Source of the DNA: Dehalococcoidia bacterium
GTDB lineage: Bacteria > Chloroflexota > Dehalococcoidia > Dehalococcoidales > RBG-16-60-22
Assembly (NCBI GenBank): GCA_004375725.1
Contig: SOKS01000106.1
Location: 1 to 36,500 of the forward strand
Direction of reading: 5' to 3'
Length of the DNA: 36,500 nt
Part shown: piece after piece, positions 21,281 through 30,044 of the stretch
How positions within the stretch are numbered: position 1 is the stretch's first letter
Layout of the letters: each line of letters opens with the position of its first letter
Position numbers and translations under genes: made by a program
Notes under the pieces: generated by a model
The model's database searches: none
What the model saw: the letters and a program-made list of their open reading frames with translations, nothing else
Told to the model about the DNA's origin: nothing

Positions 21281-22385
21281 CTTTCTCCTCGTCTTCGGTT
21301 ACGCTGGCCACTTCTATCTCAGCGGCAGTGCCGCTGGTTGTTTTCGTTTTTCGGCTTCGTTTAACGGGCGCCTTCGCCGGTTTCCCCCCAGCCTTCTCTT
21401 TGGCCACTGCCTTGGTGGGTTCTGGTGAAGCTGGCGCTTCCGCTTTTGCGGGCTTCGCGGCTCTGGTGCCTCTTTTGGCTGCCGGCTTCTCTTTTGCAGT
21501 TGCCTCGGTCGTCGCCACAGCCGCGGCCTCAGCCGGTTTCTCCTCTGTTTTTACGGCCGTTTTTCTCTTTCGTGATGGTTTGGCCGGGGTCTCTCCCGTT
21601 TTTTCTCCGGTGACTGCTTCCGTTGCCACTGGAGCTTCCTCTATGGCTTCAGCGGTTACCCCCATCGTCTCCTCTTCCGGCTGGACGGCAGTGGCCGATT
21701 CCTCACCGGCACTGACCGCCATTTCCGCAGGCACTCCTTCAACGGGTGCTTCCTTGGGTTCAGGAAGGATTTCACCTTTGAATATCCATACCTTGACGCC
21801 AATCCTTCCCAGCGTGGTGCGCGCTTCGGTAAAGCCGTAGTCAATATCCGCCCGCAGTGTGTGCAGGGGGACCCGTCCTTCATGCATTGTCTGGCGGCGG
21901 GCGATTTCCGCATCACCCAGCCGACCGGAGCAGTGGACTCTTATTCCCTTGGCGCCAGCCTGCATGGTACGGAAAATCGCCTGTTTCATCGCCCTCCGGT
22001 AGGCGATACGGCGCTGAATCTGCTCGGCAATGGTTCGGGCAACGAGCATGGCATCCAGTTCCGGCTGGCGGATTTCCTGGATATTCAGACGGACCTTCTT
22101 GCCGACGAGTTTTTCCAGGTAAACACTCAGCTCATCAACGCGCTGTCCACCCCGCCCGATGACGATACCGGGACGGGCGGTATAGATGGTAACTGACACA
22201 TCCTTTGCCTGCCGTTCAATCACCACGAGGGAGATTGCGGCATCGGCATACTTGGACTGTATGGCCTGCCGCAGCTTCAGGTCTTCCTGCAGTGACTCGG
22301 CGTAATGCGTATCAGCGTACCATCTGGCCTGCCAGTCCTGTACAATGCCAAGTCTAAAACCTATTGGATGAACCTTGCGTCCCAA
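21258..22385 (-). CDS. rpsC: 30S ribosomal protein S3 with ~165-aa low-complexity C-terminal extension
   Basis: Residues 1-~210 are canonical S3 ([22 protein letters not shown]..., KH domain [14 protein letters not shown], ...[12 protein letters not shown]). The ORF then continues for ~165 more codons rich in A/E/K/P/T before its stop at 21258. Confidence 0.92.
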   Translation of the reverse strand: MGRKVHPIGFRLGIVQDWQARWYADTHYAESLQEDLKLRQAIQSKYADAAISLVVIERQAKDVSVTIYTARPGIVIGRGGQRVDELSVYLEKLVGKKVRLNIQEIRQPELDAMLVARTIAEQIQRRIAYRRAMKQAIFRTMQAGAKGIRVHCSGRLGDAEIARRQTMHEGRVPLHTLRADIDYGFTEARTTLGRIGVKVWIFKGEILPEPKEAPVEGVPAEMAVSAGEESATAVQPEEETMGVTAEAIEEAPVATEAVTGEKTGETPAKPSRKRKTAVKTEEKPAEAAAVATTEATAKEKPAAKRGTRAAKPAKAEAPASPEPTKAVAKEKAGGKPAKAPVKRSRKTKTTSGTAAEIEVASVTEDEEKDATTETG

Positions 22386-22724
22386 TTATGCCTCCTCATC
22401 GGCAACAATGACCGTTATGTGACTGGAATTTTTCTGTATGGGGCCGATGCGACCACGCGCCCGGGGATAGAACCGTCTGAGCCTTCGTGCTTCATTGGCG
22501 TAAATAGTGATGATTTTCAAATCCGACGGTGTCATCTGGTAGTTATTCTCTGCATTGGACGCGGCGGACTTTACCACTTTGGCAACCACCCGGGCATTCG
22601 GCGACGGAGTAAACTTGAGCAACGTCAATGCTTCGTCCACCGTCTTGCCCCGTACCAGATTGACCATCCGGCGAACCTTACGCGCTGGTATTCCCGTGTC
22701 TTTGGCAAAAGCTCGTACCTGCAT
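22386..22724 (-). CDS. rplV: 50S ribosomal protein L22
   Basis: 112 aa with ...ARKVRRMVNLVRGKTVDEALTLLKFTP... Confidence 0.95.
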   Translation of the reverse strand: MQVRAFAKDTGIPARKVRRMVNLVRGKTVDEALTLLKFTPSPNARVVAKVVKSAASNAENNYQMTPSDLKIITIYANEARRLRRFYPRARGRIGPIQKNSSHITVIVADEEA

Positions 22725-22749
22725 TCTCTCCCTTACCTGTAATAGCCTA

Positions 22750-23037
22750 TTATCTTCTTACCTGGCTTGTCTTCTCTGACCTGGAGACGTGACCGCGGAA
22801 AGTCCGGGTCATGGCGAACTCGCCAAGCTTGTGCCCCACCATGTTCTCGGTGATGAAGATGGGCACGTGCCTGCGGCCATCGTGCACACCGACGGTCAGC
22901 CCCACCATCTGTGGCAGTATGGTGGATGAGCGTGACCAGGTTTTGATGACCGCTTTCTGGCCTGACCTGATGACGGCCTCCACCTTCTTCATAAGTTTGG
23001 CATCAATATATGGTCCCTTTTTTATCGATCGTGACAT
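22750..23037 (-). CDS. rpsS: 30S ribosomal protein S19
   Basis: [20 protein letters not shown]...[25 protein letters not shown]. Confidence 0.96.
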   Translation of the reverse strand: MSRSIKKGPYIDAKLMKKVEAVIRSGQKAVIKTWSRSSTILPQMVGLTVGVHDGRRHVPIFITENMVGHKLGEFAMTRTFRGHVSRSEKTSQVRR

Positions 23038-23046
23038 TGGTTACCC

Positions 23047-23877
23047 CTACCTACCTTTTCTCCGTTTTACAATCAATTTATCGGACGCTTTTGGCTTGCG
23101 AGTGCGGTAGCCGAGCGCCGGTTTGCCCCATGGTGTCTTCGGGCCGGGCATTCCTATCGGGCTTCTCCCTTCGCCACCGCCGTGGGGGTGGTCACGCGGT
23201 GACATTGCTGAGCCTCTCACCGTGGGCCGCCAGCCCATCAGCCGATTACGCCCCGCCTTACCCAGCTCAATGCTCTGGTGGTCAACGTTGCCCACCTGTC
23301 CGACGGTCGCCATGCAGTCGCCGCGGACGCGTCGCATTTCACCGGAAGGCATGCGTATCAGCGCGTACTCCCCTTCTTTGACCATCAGTTGCGCCGAAGT
23401 GCCAGCGCTCCGCACCATCTGTCCGCCTTTTCCCTTCTCCATCTCAATATTATGGATGAGGGTACCGCTCGGAATGACCTTCATCGGCAGCGCATTGCCC
23501 GGCTTTACTTCGGCATCCGGGCCTGACATGACCGTATCGTCGATGTTCAGCCCAACCGGGGCTATGATATACCGCTTATCTCCGTCAGCGTAGAAAATGA
23601 GCGCAATTCGGGCGGAGCGGTTAGGGTCATACTCAATCGCCGAGACTCTGCCCGGCACGCCGGTCTTATCCCGTTTGAAGTCAATCAAGCGGAGTTTCCG
23701 TTTGGCACCACCGCCCCGGTGGCGAACGGTTATTCTCCCCTGGTTGTTGCGCCCGCCGCGCTTTTTCAGCGTCGAAGTCAGCGATTTTTCCGGTTTATCC
23801 TTGGTTATCTCTTCAAATGTTGCGCCGCTCATTCCCCGCCGGCCGGGCGAGGTGGGGCGGAATACCTTGATGGCCAC
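23047..23877 (-). CDS. rplB: 50S ribosomal protein L2
   Basis: 276 aa: [17 protein letters not shown]... and ...[22 protein letters not shown]. Confidence 0.96.
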   Translation of the reverse strand: MAIKVFRPTSPGRRGMSGATFEEITKDKPEKSLTSTLKKRGGRNNQGRITVRHRGGGAKRKLRLIDFKRDKTGVPGRVSAIEYDPNRSARIALIFYADGDKRYIIAPVGLNIDDTVMSGPDAEVKPGNALPMKVIPSGTLIHNIEMEKGKGGQMVRSAGTSAQLMVKEGEYALIRMPSGEMRRVRGDCMATVGQVGNVDHQSIELGKAGRNRLMGWRPTVRGSAMSPRDHPHGGGEGRSPIGMPGPKTPWGKPALGYRTRKPKASDKLIVKRRKGR

Positions 23878-23899
23878 TCAATATCCCCCTTTTTCCGTT

Positions 23900-24184
23900 C
23901 TAAACACCTTCAAAGAATTCTATTTTGTCACCGGCTCTCAGGGTGACGAAAGCTTTCTTCCAGGGTGGGGTGCTATACATGCGTCTGCCTATTCTTCTTG
24001 TCTTCCCGGAGACCCAGACAATATTCACACCAGACACCTTCACCCGAAACGCTTTTTCCACAGCCTGCTTTATCTGGGGCTTGGTCGCCTCTTTGGCCAC
24101 TTCAAAAGCGTATTTGTTCTGCGCCTGTAATATGGCATTTTTTTCCGTTATCAGTGGGCGTTGTAAAACGTCAGACAGATGCAT
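23900..24184 (-). CDS. rplW: 50S ribosomal protein L23
   Basis: MHLSDVLQRPLITEKNAILQAQNKYAFEV... is an L23 N-terminus. Start placed at ATG 24182-24184, which overlaps the rplD end by 14 nt. The 15 extra N-terminal codons in the ORF track lie inside rplD. Confidence 0.9.
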   Translation of the reverse strand: MHLSDVLQRPLITEKNAILQAQNKYAFEVAKEATKPQIKQAVEKAFRVKVSGVNIVWVSGKTRRIGRRMYSTPPWKKAFVTLRAGDKIEFFEGV

Positions 24185-24824
24185 CCCTGACCTCTTCCAC
24201 CGCTTTTTCTCCCCACAGCTCTTCCACACGGCGTACCGCGGACACCGTCATCAATAGCACCTTGTGGGAGAGGATGTCAAGCACATTAAGCAGGTTTGCC
24301 GGCATTGTCTTGATTCCCTTGATGTTACGCGCGGCCTTTATCACATGCTCCTCCGGCCCGGCCGTTACCACCAGTGCTGAGGAGTCGGCGCCGAGGGCAT
24401 TGAGAATCTGTGTCATATATTTCGTCTTTGGCTCTAACTTCAGTTCCTGTACCACTTTCAACTCTTCATCTTTCACCTTGGACGAGAGAACGCACTTCAG
24501 GGCCAGCTGGCGCATCTTTTTTGGTGTGTCCTGGCGATAGTCCCGCGGCCTTGGCCCGAAAATAATGCCTCCTCCCCGCCGTATTCCTGAACGACGGCTG
24601 CCCGCCCGTGCCTGGCCGGTGCCTTTCTGGCGGAAAAGCTTCCGGGTGCCGCCCTGGACCTCGCTTCTGGTCTTGGTTGAGGCGGTACCCTGACGAGCGT
24701 TCGCCAGCTGCCCGACCATGACCTGATGCACCACACCTTCGTTGATGGGCACGGCAAAGACCTGGTCGCTGATTTCAACCTGGTCAACCACTTCGCCGGT
24801 CAGACTGTAAACTGGGACCTGCAC
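24171..24824 (-). CDS. rplD: 50S ribosomal protein L4
   Basis: 217 aa with ...RQGTASTKTRSEVQGGTRKLFRQKGTGQARAGSRRSGIRRGGG... Confidence 0.95.
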   Translation of the reverse strand: MQVPVYSLTGEVVDQVEISDQVFAVPINEGVVHQVMVGQLANARQGTASTKTRSEVQGGTRKLFRQKGTGQARAGSRRSGIRRGGGIIFGPRPRDYRQDTPKKMRQLALKCVLSSKVKDEELKVVQELKLEPKTKYMTQILNALGADSSALVVTAGPEEHVIKAARNIKGIKTMPANLLNVLDILSHKVLLMTVSAVRRVEELWGEKAVEEVRDASV

Positions 24825-24828
24825 TTCC

Positions 24829-25452
24829 TTACTTCCCCCTCCTCGACTTCTTTATCAGCAGCAGGCCGTTTCGAGCTCCCGGTACGGCTCCACTGATCAG
24901 CAAGAGATTGCGCTCAGGGTCAGCCTGAAACACTTCGAGGTTGCGCGTTGTCACTCGCTTGTTTCCCATCTGGCCGGCCATACGCATTCCTTTGAGTACG
25001 CGTCCGGGCGAGGTACCGGCGCCGACGGAGCCCCGGGCGCGGTGCCGGTCGGATTGACCGTGCGTCTTGGGCCCACCGGCAAAATGATACCTTTTGACCA
25101 CGCCGGCAAAGCCTTTGCCCTTGGATAGGCCGGTGATATCAACCAGGTCACCCGATTTAAAAAGGCTGACATCCATCTTCTGTCCCTCTTCAATTTCCTT
25201 GATATCAGCCAGCCTGAATTCACGGAGATATTTAAAATGGCCAAGTTCCTTAAGGTGCCCGCGCTGCGATGAGTTAAGCCTTTTGGCTTCGCCAAAGCCG
25301 AGCTGAACCGCGTTATAGCCATCTTTTTCCGCCGTTTTAATGCGGGTAACGGTGCACGGCCCGGCCTCAATAGCGGTCACTACTGCCAGCATACCGTCTT
25401 CACGGAATGCCTGGGACATGCCCAATTTTTTACCGATAATTCCCTGTGCCAT
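24829..25452 (-). CDS. rplC: 50S ribosomal protein L3
   Basis: MAQGIIGKKLGMSQAF... and ...GKGFAGVVKRYHFAGGPKTHGQSDRHRARGS... Confidence 0.95.
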   Translation of the reverse strand: MAQGIIGKKLGMSQAFREDGMLAVVTAIEAGPCTVTRIKTAEKDGYNAVQLGFGEAKRLNSSQRGHLKELGHFKYLREFRLADIKEIEEGQKMDVSLFKSGDLVDITGLSKGKGFAGVVKRYHFAGGPKTHGQSDRHRARGSVGAGTSPGRVLKGMRMAGQMGNKRVTTRNLEVFQADPERNLLLISGAVPGARNGLLLIKKSRRGK

Positions 25453-25465
25453 CTTATATACTCTT

Positions 25466-25774
25466 CTATAACTTGATATCTATCTCCACTCCGGAAGGCA
25501 AGTTCAATCTGGTTAAAGCATCGATTGTCTTCGAAGTGGTCTCCAAAATGTCAATGATGCGCTTATGCGTCCGTATCTCAAATTGCTCCTGTGAGTCTTT
25601 ATCAATAAACGGGGAGCGGATAACACTGTACTTTTTTATATGTGTGGGCAACGGTACCGGCCCGACCACCACTGCTCCGGTGCGCTCCACGGCATCGACG
25701 ATCTGAGCCGCCGACTGGTCGACTATGCGGTGGTCAAACCCTTTCAGCTTGATGCGTATTGTCTGTTTAGGCAT
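25466..25774 (-). CDS. rpsJ: 30S ribosomal protein S10
   Basis: [22 protein letters not shown]...GPVPLPT... 102 aa. The ATG lies 1 nt after the fusA stop (TAAtATG). Confidence 0.96.
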   Translation of the reverse strand: MPKQTIRIKLKGFDHRIVDQSAAQIVDAVERTGAVVVGPVPLPTHIKKYSVIRSPFIDKDSQEQFEIRTHKRIIDILETTSKTIDALTRLNLPSGVEIDIKL

Positions 25775-25775
25775 A

Positions 25776-27854
25776 TTATTTCCCCACTGCCTGTTCGATT
25801 ATTTCTTCAGTCAATCCTGTCGGCAATTTTCTATACTGGTGGAATTCAAGCGAATGTGTGGCCCTGCCCTGAGTGAGTGACCTCAACCTGGTGGCATAGC
25901 CGAAGGTCTCGGCCAGAGGAATCAGGCATTGAATAACGTACACATCACCCTGGGCGTCAATATGCTCGATGTGTCCCCGCTTGGCATTAAGGTCACCGAT
26001 GATGTCTCCCAGGAACTGCTCTGGCGCGACCACTTCCAGCTTCATAATCGGCTCGAGGAGAACCGGTTTGGCTTTCCTGACGCCGTTTCTGAGGGCCAGA
26101 GAGCCGGCCATTTTGAAAGCAATCTCGGAAGAATCAACGTCGTGGTAACTGCCATCGTAGATGGTGGCTTTGATATCGACCACGGGATAACCGGCCAGAA
26201 CCCCGGTTTCCATAGCCTCTTTTATCCCCATCTCAACGGGGGGGACATATTGTCTGGGAATGACGCCACCCTTGAGGGAGTTAATAAACTGGAAACCACC
26301 GCCCCGGTTCATTGGCTCGAGTTCCAGCCATACGTGTCCGTACTGACCGTGCCCTCCCGACTGCCGCACAAATCTGCCCTCCACCTGGACCGGTGCGGAA
26401 ATCGTCTCCTTGTAGGCGACCCGTGGTTTGCCCACCTTGGCACCGACGCCGAATTCGCTTATCATCCGGTTGACGATGACCTCAAGGTGAAGTTCGCCCA
26501 TTCCAGAGATGATAGTCTGTCCCGTTTCCTCATTGTAGGTAACTTTGAAAGTGGGATCCTCTTCGGTCAGTTTCTGCAGGGCGGCGGTCATTTTATCCTG
26601 GTCGGCCCTGCTTTTGGGCTCAATGGAAATGGAGACAACCGGCTCGGGGAATCGGATTGATTCCAGCCGCACCGGCTGTGAAGTATCGCAAAGGGTGTCA
26701 CCGGTGAAGGTATTCTTTAAACCCAGAGTGGCGACGATGGATCCGGTGTCAGCCTCTTCTACCTCCTCACGGCGGTTGGCATGCATCAGGAGCAAGCGCC
26801 CGATGCGTTCCCGCTTGCCTGTGGTTGAGTTCCAAACCTGGCTTCCCGCTTTCATGATGCCGGAGTAGACCCTGAGGTAGACAAGCCTGCCGACAAACGG
26901 GTCGGAAACAACTTTGAAAGCAAGGGCGGAAAACGGGGCTTCATCGCTGACCGGGCGGGTGACCTCTGCTTCCGAGGTAGTATCGATCGCCAGCACCGGT
27001 GGCATATCAGAAGGGGAGGGGAGGTAACTGATAATAGCATCAAGGAGCGGTTGTACACCTTTATTTCGCAGGGCGCTGCCACAGAGAATGGGCACGCCTT
27101 GGTTCGCCAGAGTTATTTTGTGCAGTGCCTGTCTTATCATCGATGGGCTGATCTCATGGCTCTCAAGGTAGGCTTCCAGGATATGGTCGTCATGCTCGGC
27201 CAGCTTTTCAATCAGGGCGTGACGATATTCATCGCAGCGTTTCCGTTCTGATTCCGGAACGGCAGCTTCTTCTGGCTCTGAATCAGGCTTACCATCATAA
27301 TGCCAGACCTTGTTCTCGATGAGGTCGATGACGCCTTCAAATGATTCACCGCTGCCCAGAGGAATCTGGATGGGTAGCGGTTTCGCCTTCAAGCGTTTTT
27401 CAATCATGGAGATGGTACGTTTGAAATTGGCGCCTACGCGGTCCATCTTATTGATAAAGCAGATTCTGGGCACGTGATAACGGTCGGCCTGTCGCCAGAC
27501 CGTCTCTGACTGTGCCTCGACTCCAGCCACTCCGTCAAAGACCACCACGCCGCCGTCCAGCACCCTGAGGCTGCGCTCCACCTCGGCGGTGAAGTCTACA
27601 TGACCCGGCGTATCGATGATGTTGATGCGGTGGTCCTGCCAGTAGCAGGTGGTCGCGGCCGCAGTTATGGTGATACCACGCTGACGCTCCTGCTCCATCC
27701 AGTCCATTACCGCGGTACCGGTATCCACGTCTCCAATCTTGTAGGTACGACCGGTATAGTACAGTATCCGCTCGGTAACGGTGGTCTTGCCGGCGTCAAT
27801 GTGGGCAATAATCCCTATATTTCTGATTTTTTCTAAAGGAAAACTTCTCGGCAT
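25776..27854 (-). CDS. fusA: Translation elongation factor G
   Basis: G domain motifs [17 protein letters not shown] and NKMD, followed by domains II-V. I prefer ATG 27852-27854 ([15 protein letters not shown]..., the typical EF-G N-terminus). The ORF track starts 12 codons earlier at 27890, and that remains possible. Confidence 0.93.
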   Translation of the reverse strand: MPRSFPLEKIRNIGIIAHIDAGKTTVTERILYYTGRTYKIGDVDTGTAVMDWMEQERQRGITITAAATTCYWQDHRINIIDTPGHVDFTAEVERSLRVLDGGVVVFDGVAGVEAQSETVWRQADRYHVPRICFINKMDRVGANFKRTISMIEKRLKAKPLPIQIPLGSGESFEGVIDLIENKVWHYDGKPDSEPEEAAVPESERKRCDEYRHALIEKLAEHDDHILEAYLESHEISPSMIRQALHKITLANQGVPILCGSALRNKGVQPLLDAIISYLPSPSDMPPVLAIDTTSEAEVTRPVSDEAPFSALAFKVVSDPFVGRLVYLRVYSGIMKAGSQVWNSTTGKRERIGRLLLMHANRREEVEEADTGSIVATLGLKNTFTGDTLCDTSQPVRLESIRFPEPVVSISIEPKSRADQDKMTAALQKLTEEDPTFKVTYNEETGQTIISGMGELHLEVIVNRMISEFGVGAKVGKPRVAYKETISAPVQVEGRFVRQSGGHGQYGHVWLELEPMNRGGGFQFINSLKGGVIPRQYVPPVEMGIKEAMETGVLAGYPVVDIKATIYDGSYHDVDSSEIAFKMAGSLALRNGVRKAKPVLLEPIMKLEVVAPEQFLGDIIGDLNAKRGHIEHIDAQGDVYVIQCLIPLAETFGYATRLRSLTQGRATHSLEFHQYRKLPTGLTEEIIEQAVGK

Positions 27855-27918
27855 CGTTTTTACCTTTGCTGGATTCGGGTTCTTGGTCATAATCTTCGTG
27901 TTAATGATTGTTCACCTT

Positions 27919-28389
27919 TTACCACCGGTAGTGGGCGAAGGCGCGGTTCGCCTCGGCCATCCGGTGGGTATCTTCTCGCTTCTTAATCGTGACGCCTTCA
28001 CCGCGCAGGGCATCAGCCAGCTCATCAGCCAGTCTTTCCGTCATTGACTTGCCTTTTCTCGCTCTCGCTGATTTCAATAGCCAGTTCAGTGCCAGGAAGA
28101 GACCGCGGTCAGGGCGTACTTCCACAGGTACCTGGTAGGTGGCCCCGCCCACGCGACGCGGTTTGACCTCGAGCAGCGGCGTGGCGTTTTTCACCGCCTG
28201 TTCCAGCGCCGTTACCGGGTCTTTACTCGACCGCTCTTCCAGAATATCAAGTGCCCCGTACACAATAGTTTCCGCAGTCCTTTTCTTACCGCACGTCATT
28301 ACCTTGTTTATCAAAGTGGACACGGTTACATTATGGAACTTCGGGTCCGGTGCTAGCTCTCTTTTTTCCGGTTGGGCACGTCGGGGCAT
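27919..28389 (-). CDS. rpsG: 30S ribosomal protein S7
   Basis: MPRRAQPEKRELAPDPKFHN...GKKRTAETIVYGAL... and ...AFAHYRW. Confidence 0.96.
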   Translation of the reverse strand: MPRRAQPEKRELAPDPKFHNVTVSTLINKVMTCGKKRTAETIVYGALDILEERSSKDPVTALEQAVKNATPLLEVKPRRVGGATYQVPVEVRPDRGLFLALNWLLKSARARKGKSMTERLADELADALRGEGVTIKKREDTHRMAEANRAFAHYRW

Positions 28390-28404
28390 TCTACTCTCCT
28401 ATTT

Positions 28405-28836
28405 TCAGGCTATTTCCGCCTTCTCTTTTACCATCTTGCTGCCGTATTTGCTGCGACCCTGCCGGCGGTTGGCGACGCCGCTGGTATCAAGCGCCCCGCG
28501 CACGATGTGATAGCGGACACCGGGTAAGTCCTTGACGCGTCCGCCGCGAATCAGCACCACCGAGTGTTCCTGCAGTTCATGACCCTCACCCGGGATGTAG
28601 GCCGTTACCTCCATTCCGTTGGTGAGCCTGACTCTGGCTATCTTGCGCAGCGCCGAATTGGGCTTCTTGGGCGTCATGGTCCTGACCTGGGTACAGACGC
28701 CCCTTTTCTGCGGCGAACCCTTGTACTCAATCATCCGGTTTTTCAGCGCATTGAAGGTAAAGCGAAGCGCCGGCGATTTGGTCTTCTTGATGCCCTTTTT
28801 TCGCCCTTTACGTATCAGCTGGTTGATAGTTGGCAA
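28405..28836 (-). CDS. rpsL: 30S ribosomal protein S12
   Basis: [13 protein letters not shown]... and ...[20 protein letters not shown]... TTG start at 28834-28836 with GGAGG at 28843-28847. Confidence 0.95.
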   Translation of the reverse strand: MPTINQLIRKGRKKGIKKTKSPALRFTFNALKNRMIEYKGSPQKRGVCTQVRTMTPKKPNSALRKIARVRLTNGMEVTAYIPGEGHELQEHSVVLIRGGRVKDLPGVRYHIVRGALDTSGVANRRQGRSKYGSKMVKEKAEIA

Positions 28837-28861
28837 CCTTTTCCTCCTGCTTTACAATTTA

Positions 28862-28887
28862 AATGGATGAGCCTTGGCTCATCCATT
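28862..28887 (-). promoter_or_regulatory. 26-nt near-perfect palindrome/hairpin in the rpsL 5' leader
   Basis: AATGGATGAGCC-TT-GGCTCATCCATT has 12-nt complementary arms. As RNA this gives an ~11-bp stem with a 4-nt loop. It sits ~25 nt upstream of the rpsL TTG, between the predicted promoter and the RBS. No U-tract follows on the minus strand. Confidence 0.55.
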
Positions 28888-28958
28888 AATTTGGTGATGG
28901 TTTGAACCCTTCAGTTCAATCCATCAGCTATGGCTGAAATCCAAATATCCAAGAGGAA

Positions 28959-28988
28959 AGTTTACCACAAGTCAAGATTAATTGTCAA
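28959..28988 (-). promoter_or_regulatory. Candidate rpsL (str/S10/spc) operon promoter: TTGACA-N18-TGgTAAACT
   Basis: On the minus strand, TTGACA lies at 28983-28988 and an extended -10 TGGTAAACT at 28959-28967, with an 18-nt spacer. The TTG of the -35 hexamer lies inside direct repeat copy 1. Sequence match only. Confidence 0.45.
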
Positions 28989-29127
28989 ATAGCTACAAAC
29001 AGGCTTGGTGGAACTTATTCGCCGAGCAGGCGGTGCAGTCCTTCCCCATGCTTCCGGCACCACTGATAGATGACCATCAGGTCCCAGCCGATGCAGAAGT
29101 GGCGGACGCCCATCTCTATGAATTCCC
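28986..29127. repeat. Direct repeat copy 1 (142 bp, 100% identical to 30083-30224)
   Basis: Base-by-base comparison gives identity from caaatagctacaaac... to ...ctctatgaattccc. The flanks diverge immediately on both sides (ttgt|caaatag vs aatg|caaatag; gaattccc|ata vs gaattccc|ggg). Confidence 0.98.
29015..29127 (-). pseudogene. Orphan 3'-terminal fragment (last 37 codons + stop) of the HpcH-family aldolase gene
   Basis: Identical to 30112-30224 and encodes ...EFIEMGVRHFCIGWDLMVIYQWCRKHGEGLHRLLGE*. The rest of the gene is absent here. An in-frame ATG at 29156-29158 in the unique DNA creates a 47-codon chimeric ORF. Confidence 0.9.
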
Positions 29128-29318
29128 ATATAAAAATTGGGCAGATATTACCCGCCATAAACCGTCAAAACCTATTACCATATCGCACGTAGAACGTGGC
29201 ACTATGAGATTGCAAAAGACGCATATCGGCAGACCACGTAAGAGAAAACGAATTAGGATTACACCCCCCAAAACCACCGATTACACTAAAGGAAGTGAGG
29301 TTAAGGCGGTGAAATGAA

Positions 29319-29579
29319 TCAGACACCGTATTTATTGGTTAGGTCAAGCAGACCTCTCTTGCCAATACCTGTTTGGTCAGTGCTAAGTATGTCTTGCAGT
29401 GTGCCTTCAGGCAAAGAGGCACGTGTATCAGGGACAAATGTAACTCTAGTGCGGTTGGAGAATGCCTTTCTTAGCGTAATGCCGTGCTTTGTTTTCCTGC
29501 CAATAGTCCACCCATCCTTCTTAAGCAACTTGATTAGTTGCTTGCCTGTGATGGCAGGCAATTTTGTGTATTTAGGCAA
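29319..29579 (-). CDS. hicA: HicA-family (YcfA-like) mRNA interferase toxin
   Basis: 86 aa. LPAITGKQLIKLLKKDGWTIGRKTKHGITLRK...RVTFVPDTRASLPEGTLQDIL matches the HicA pattern (G+elikaLek.GF...R.kGSH......vtvP.h...l..GTL+sIL). TTG start at 29577-29579 overlaps the hicB stop by 8 nt. Confidence 0.8.
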   Translation of the reverse strand: MPKYTKLPAITGKQLIKLLKKDGWTIGRKTKHGITLRKAFSNRTRVTFVPDTRASLPEGTLQDILSTDQTGIGKRGLLDLTNKYGV

Positions 29580-29889
29580 CAGCAGTCAACTCACGAACAG
29601 ACTGGATGTATGGTTGGACGAAGGTTCCAGTACTAACGGGTTTAGCAATTGTAATATCGGATTTAGGTTTCACGTGATAGAATGTTACGTTACGCTCCTT
29701 CAAGAATCTCTCACATTCTCCTACATCCTCAAGAGTATTGAGATGGAGCAATACCGCTTCTTTTATTCTTTTCTCAGCTTCCGAGAGAGTACGCCCGAAT
29801 GTTCCTGTGCTAAGTTCTACACAACGGGCAATCCATCTTCTATCCTTTTTCTCAAATGCAAGCGTCAGAACTATATAGCCCTTATGCAC
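29572..29889 (-). CDS. hicB: HicB-like antitoxin (UPF0150/HicB N-terminal fold)
   Basis: HKGYIVLTLAFEKKDRRWIARCVELSTGTFGRTLSEAEKRIKEAVLLHLNTLEDVGE fits the HicB N-terminal domain pattern. I place the start at GTG 29887-29889, directly behind AAGGAGG (29892-29898). Alternative starts are ATG 29925 or the ORF-track start at 30006. Confidence 0.72.
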   Translation of the reverse strand: MHKGYIVLTLAFEKKDRRWIARCVELSTGTFGRTLSEAEKRIKEAVLLHLNTLEDVGECERFLKERNVTFYHVKPKSDITIAKPVSTGTFVQPYIQSVRELTAVA

Positions 29890-30044
29890 TGCCACCTCCT
29901 TTTTAGATATTTCTCTTTCCTGCATTCTATACTTTGGCGTGGTCTGTTTCGCCAATACTATTGTAACAGGTTGTACCAGTGTGATACAATTTTCCCCGTT
30001 TGTCAATCGCCCAAAGGAATTATTTTGCTACCATATGTAAGCGC

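Noticed and set aside
28405-28460. C-terminal extension of S12 (…[17 protein letters not shown]) as a novelty
   Set aside because: Gram-positive-type S12 proteins already carry most of this tail. Only a handful of extra residues remain, which is not noteworthy.
28982-29317. 111-aa plus-strand ORF starting at the left repeat
   Set aside because: The first ~48 codons are simply the antisense reading of the duplicated aldolase 3' end; the same peptide appears inside the 361-aa shadow ORF. Only the short basic tail (29204-29317) is kept, as a low-confidence observation.
29128-29318. tRNA or small structured RNA as integration target in the unassigned 190 bp
   Set aside because: There is no cloverleaf-compatible sequence, no T-loop GTTCRANYC-like motif and no acceptor/CCA features. 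Only a trivial 5-bp hairpin is present.
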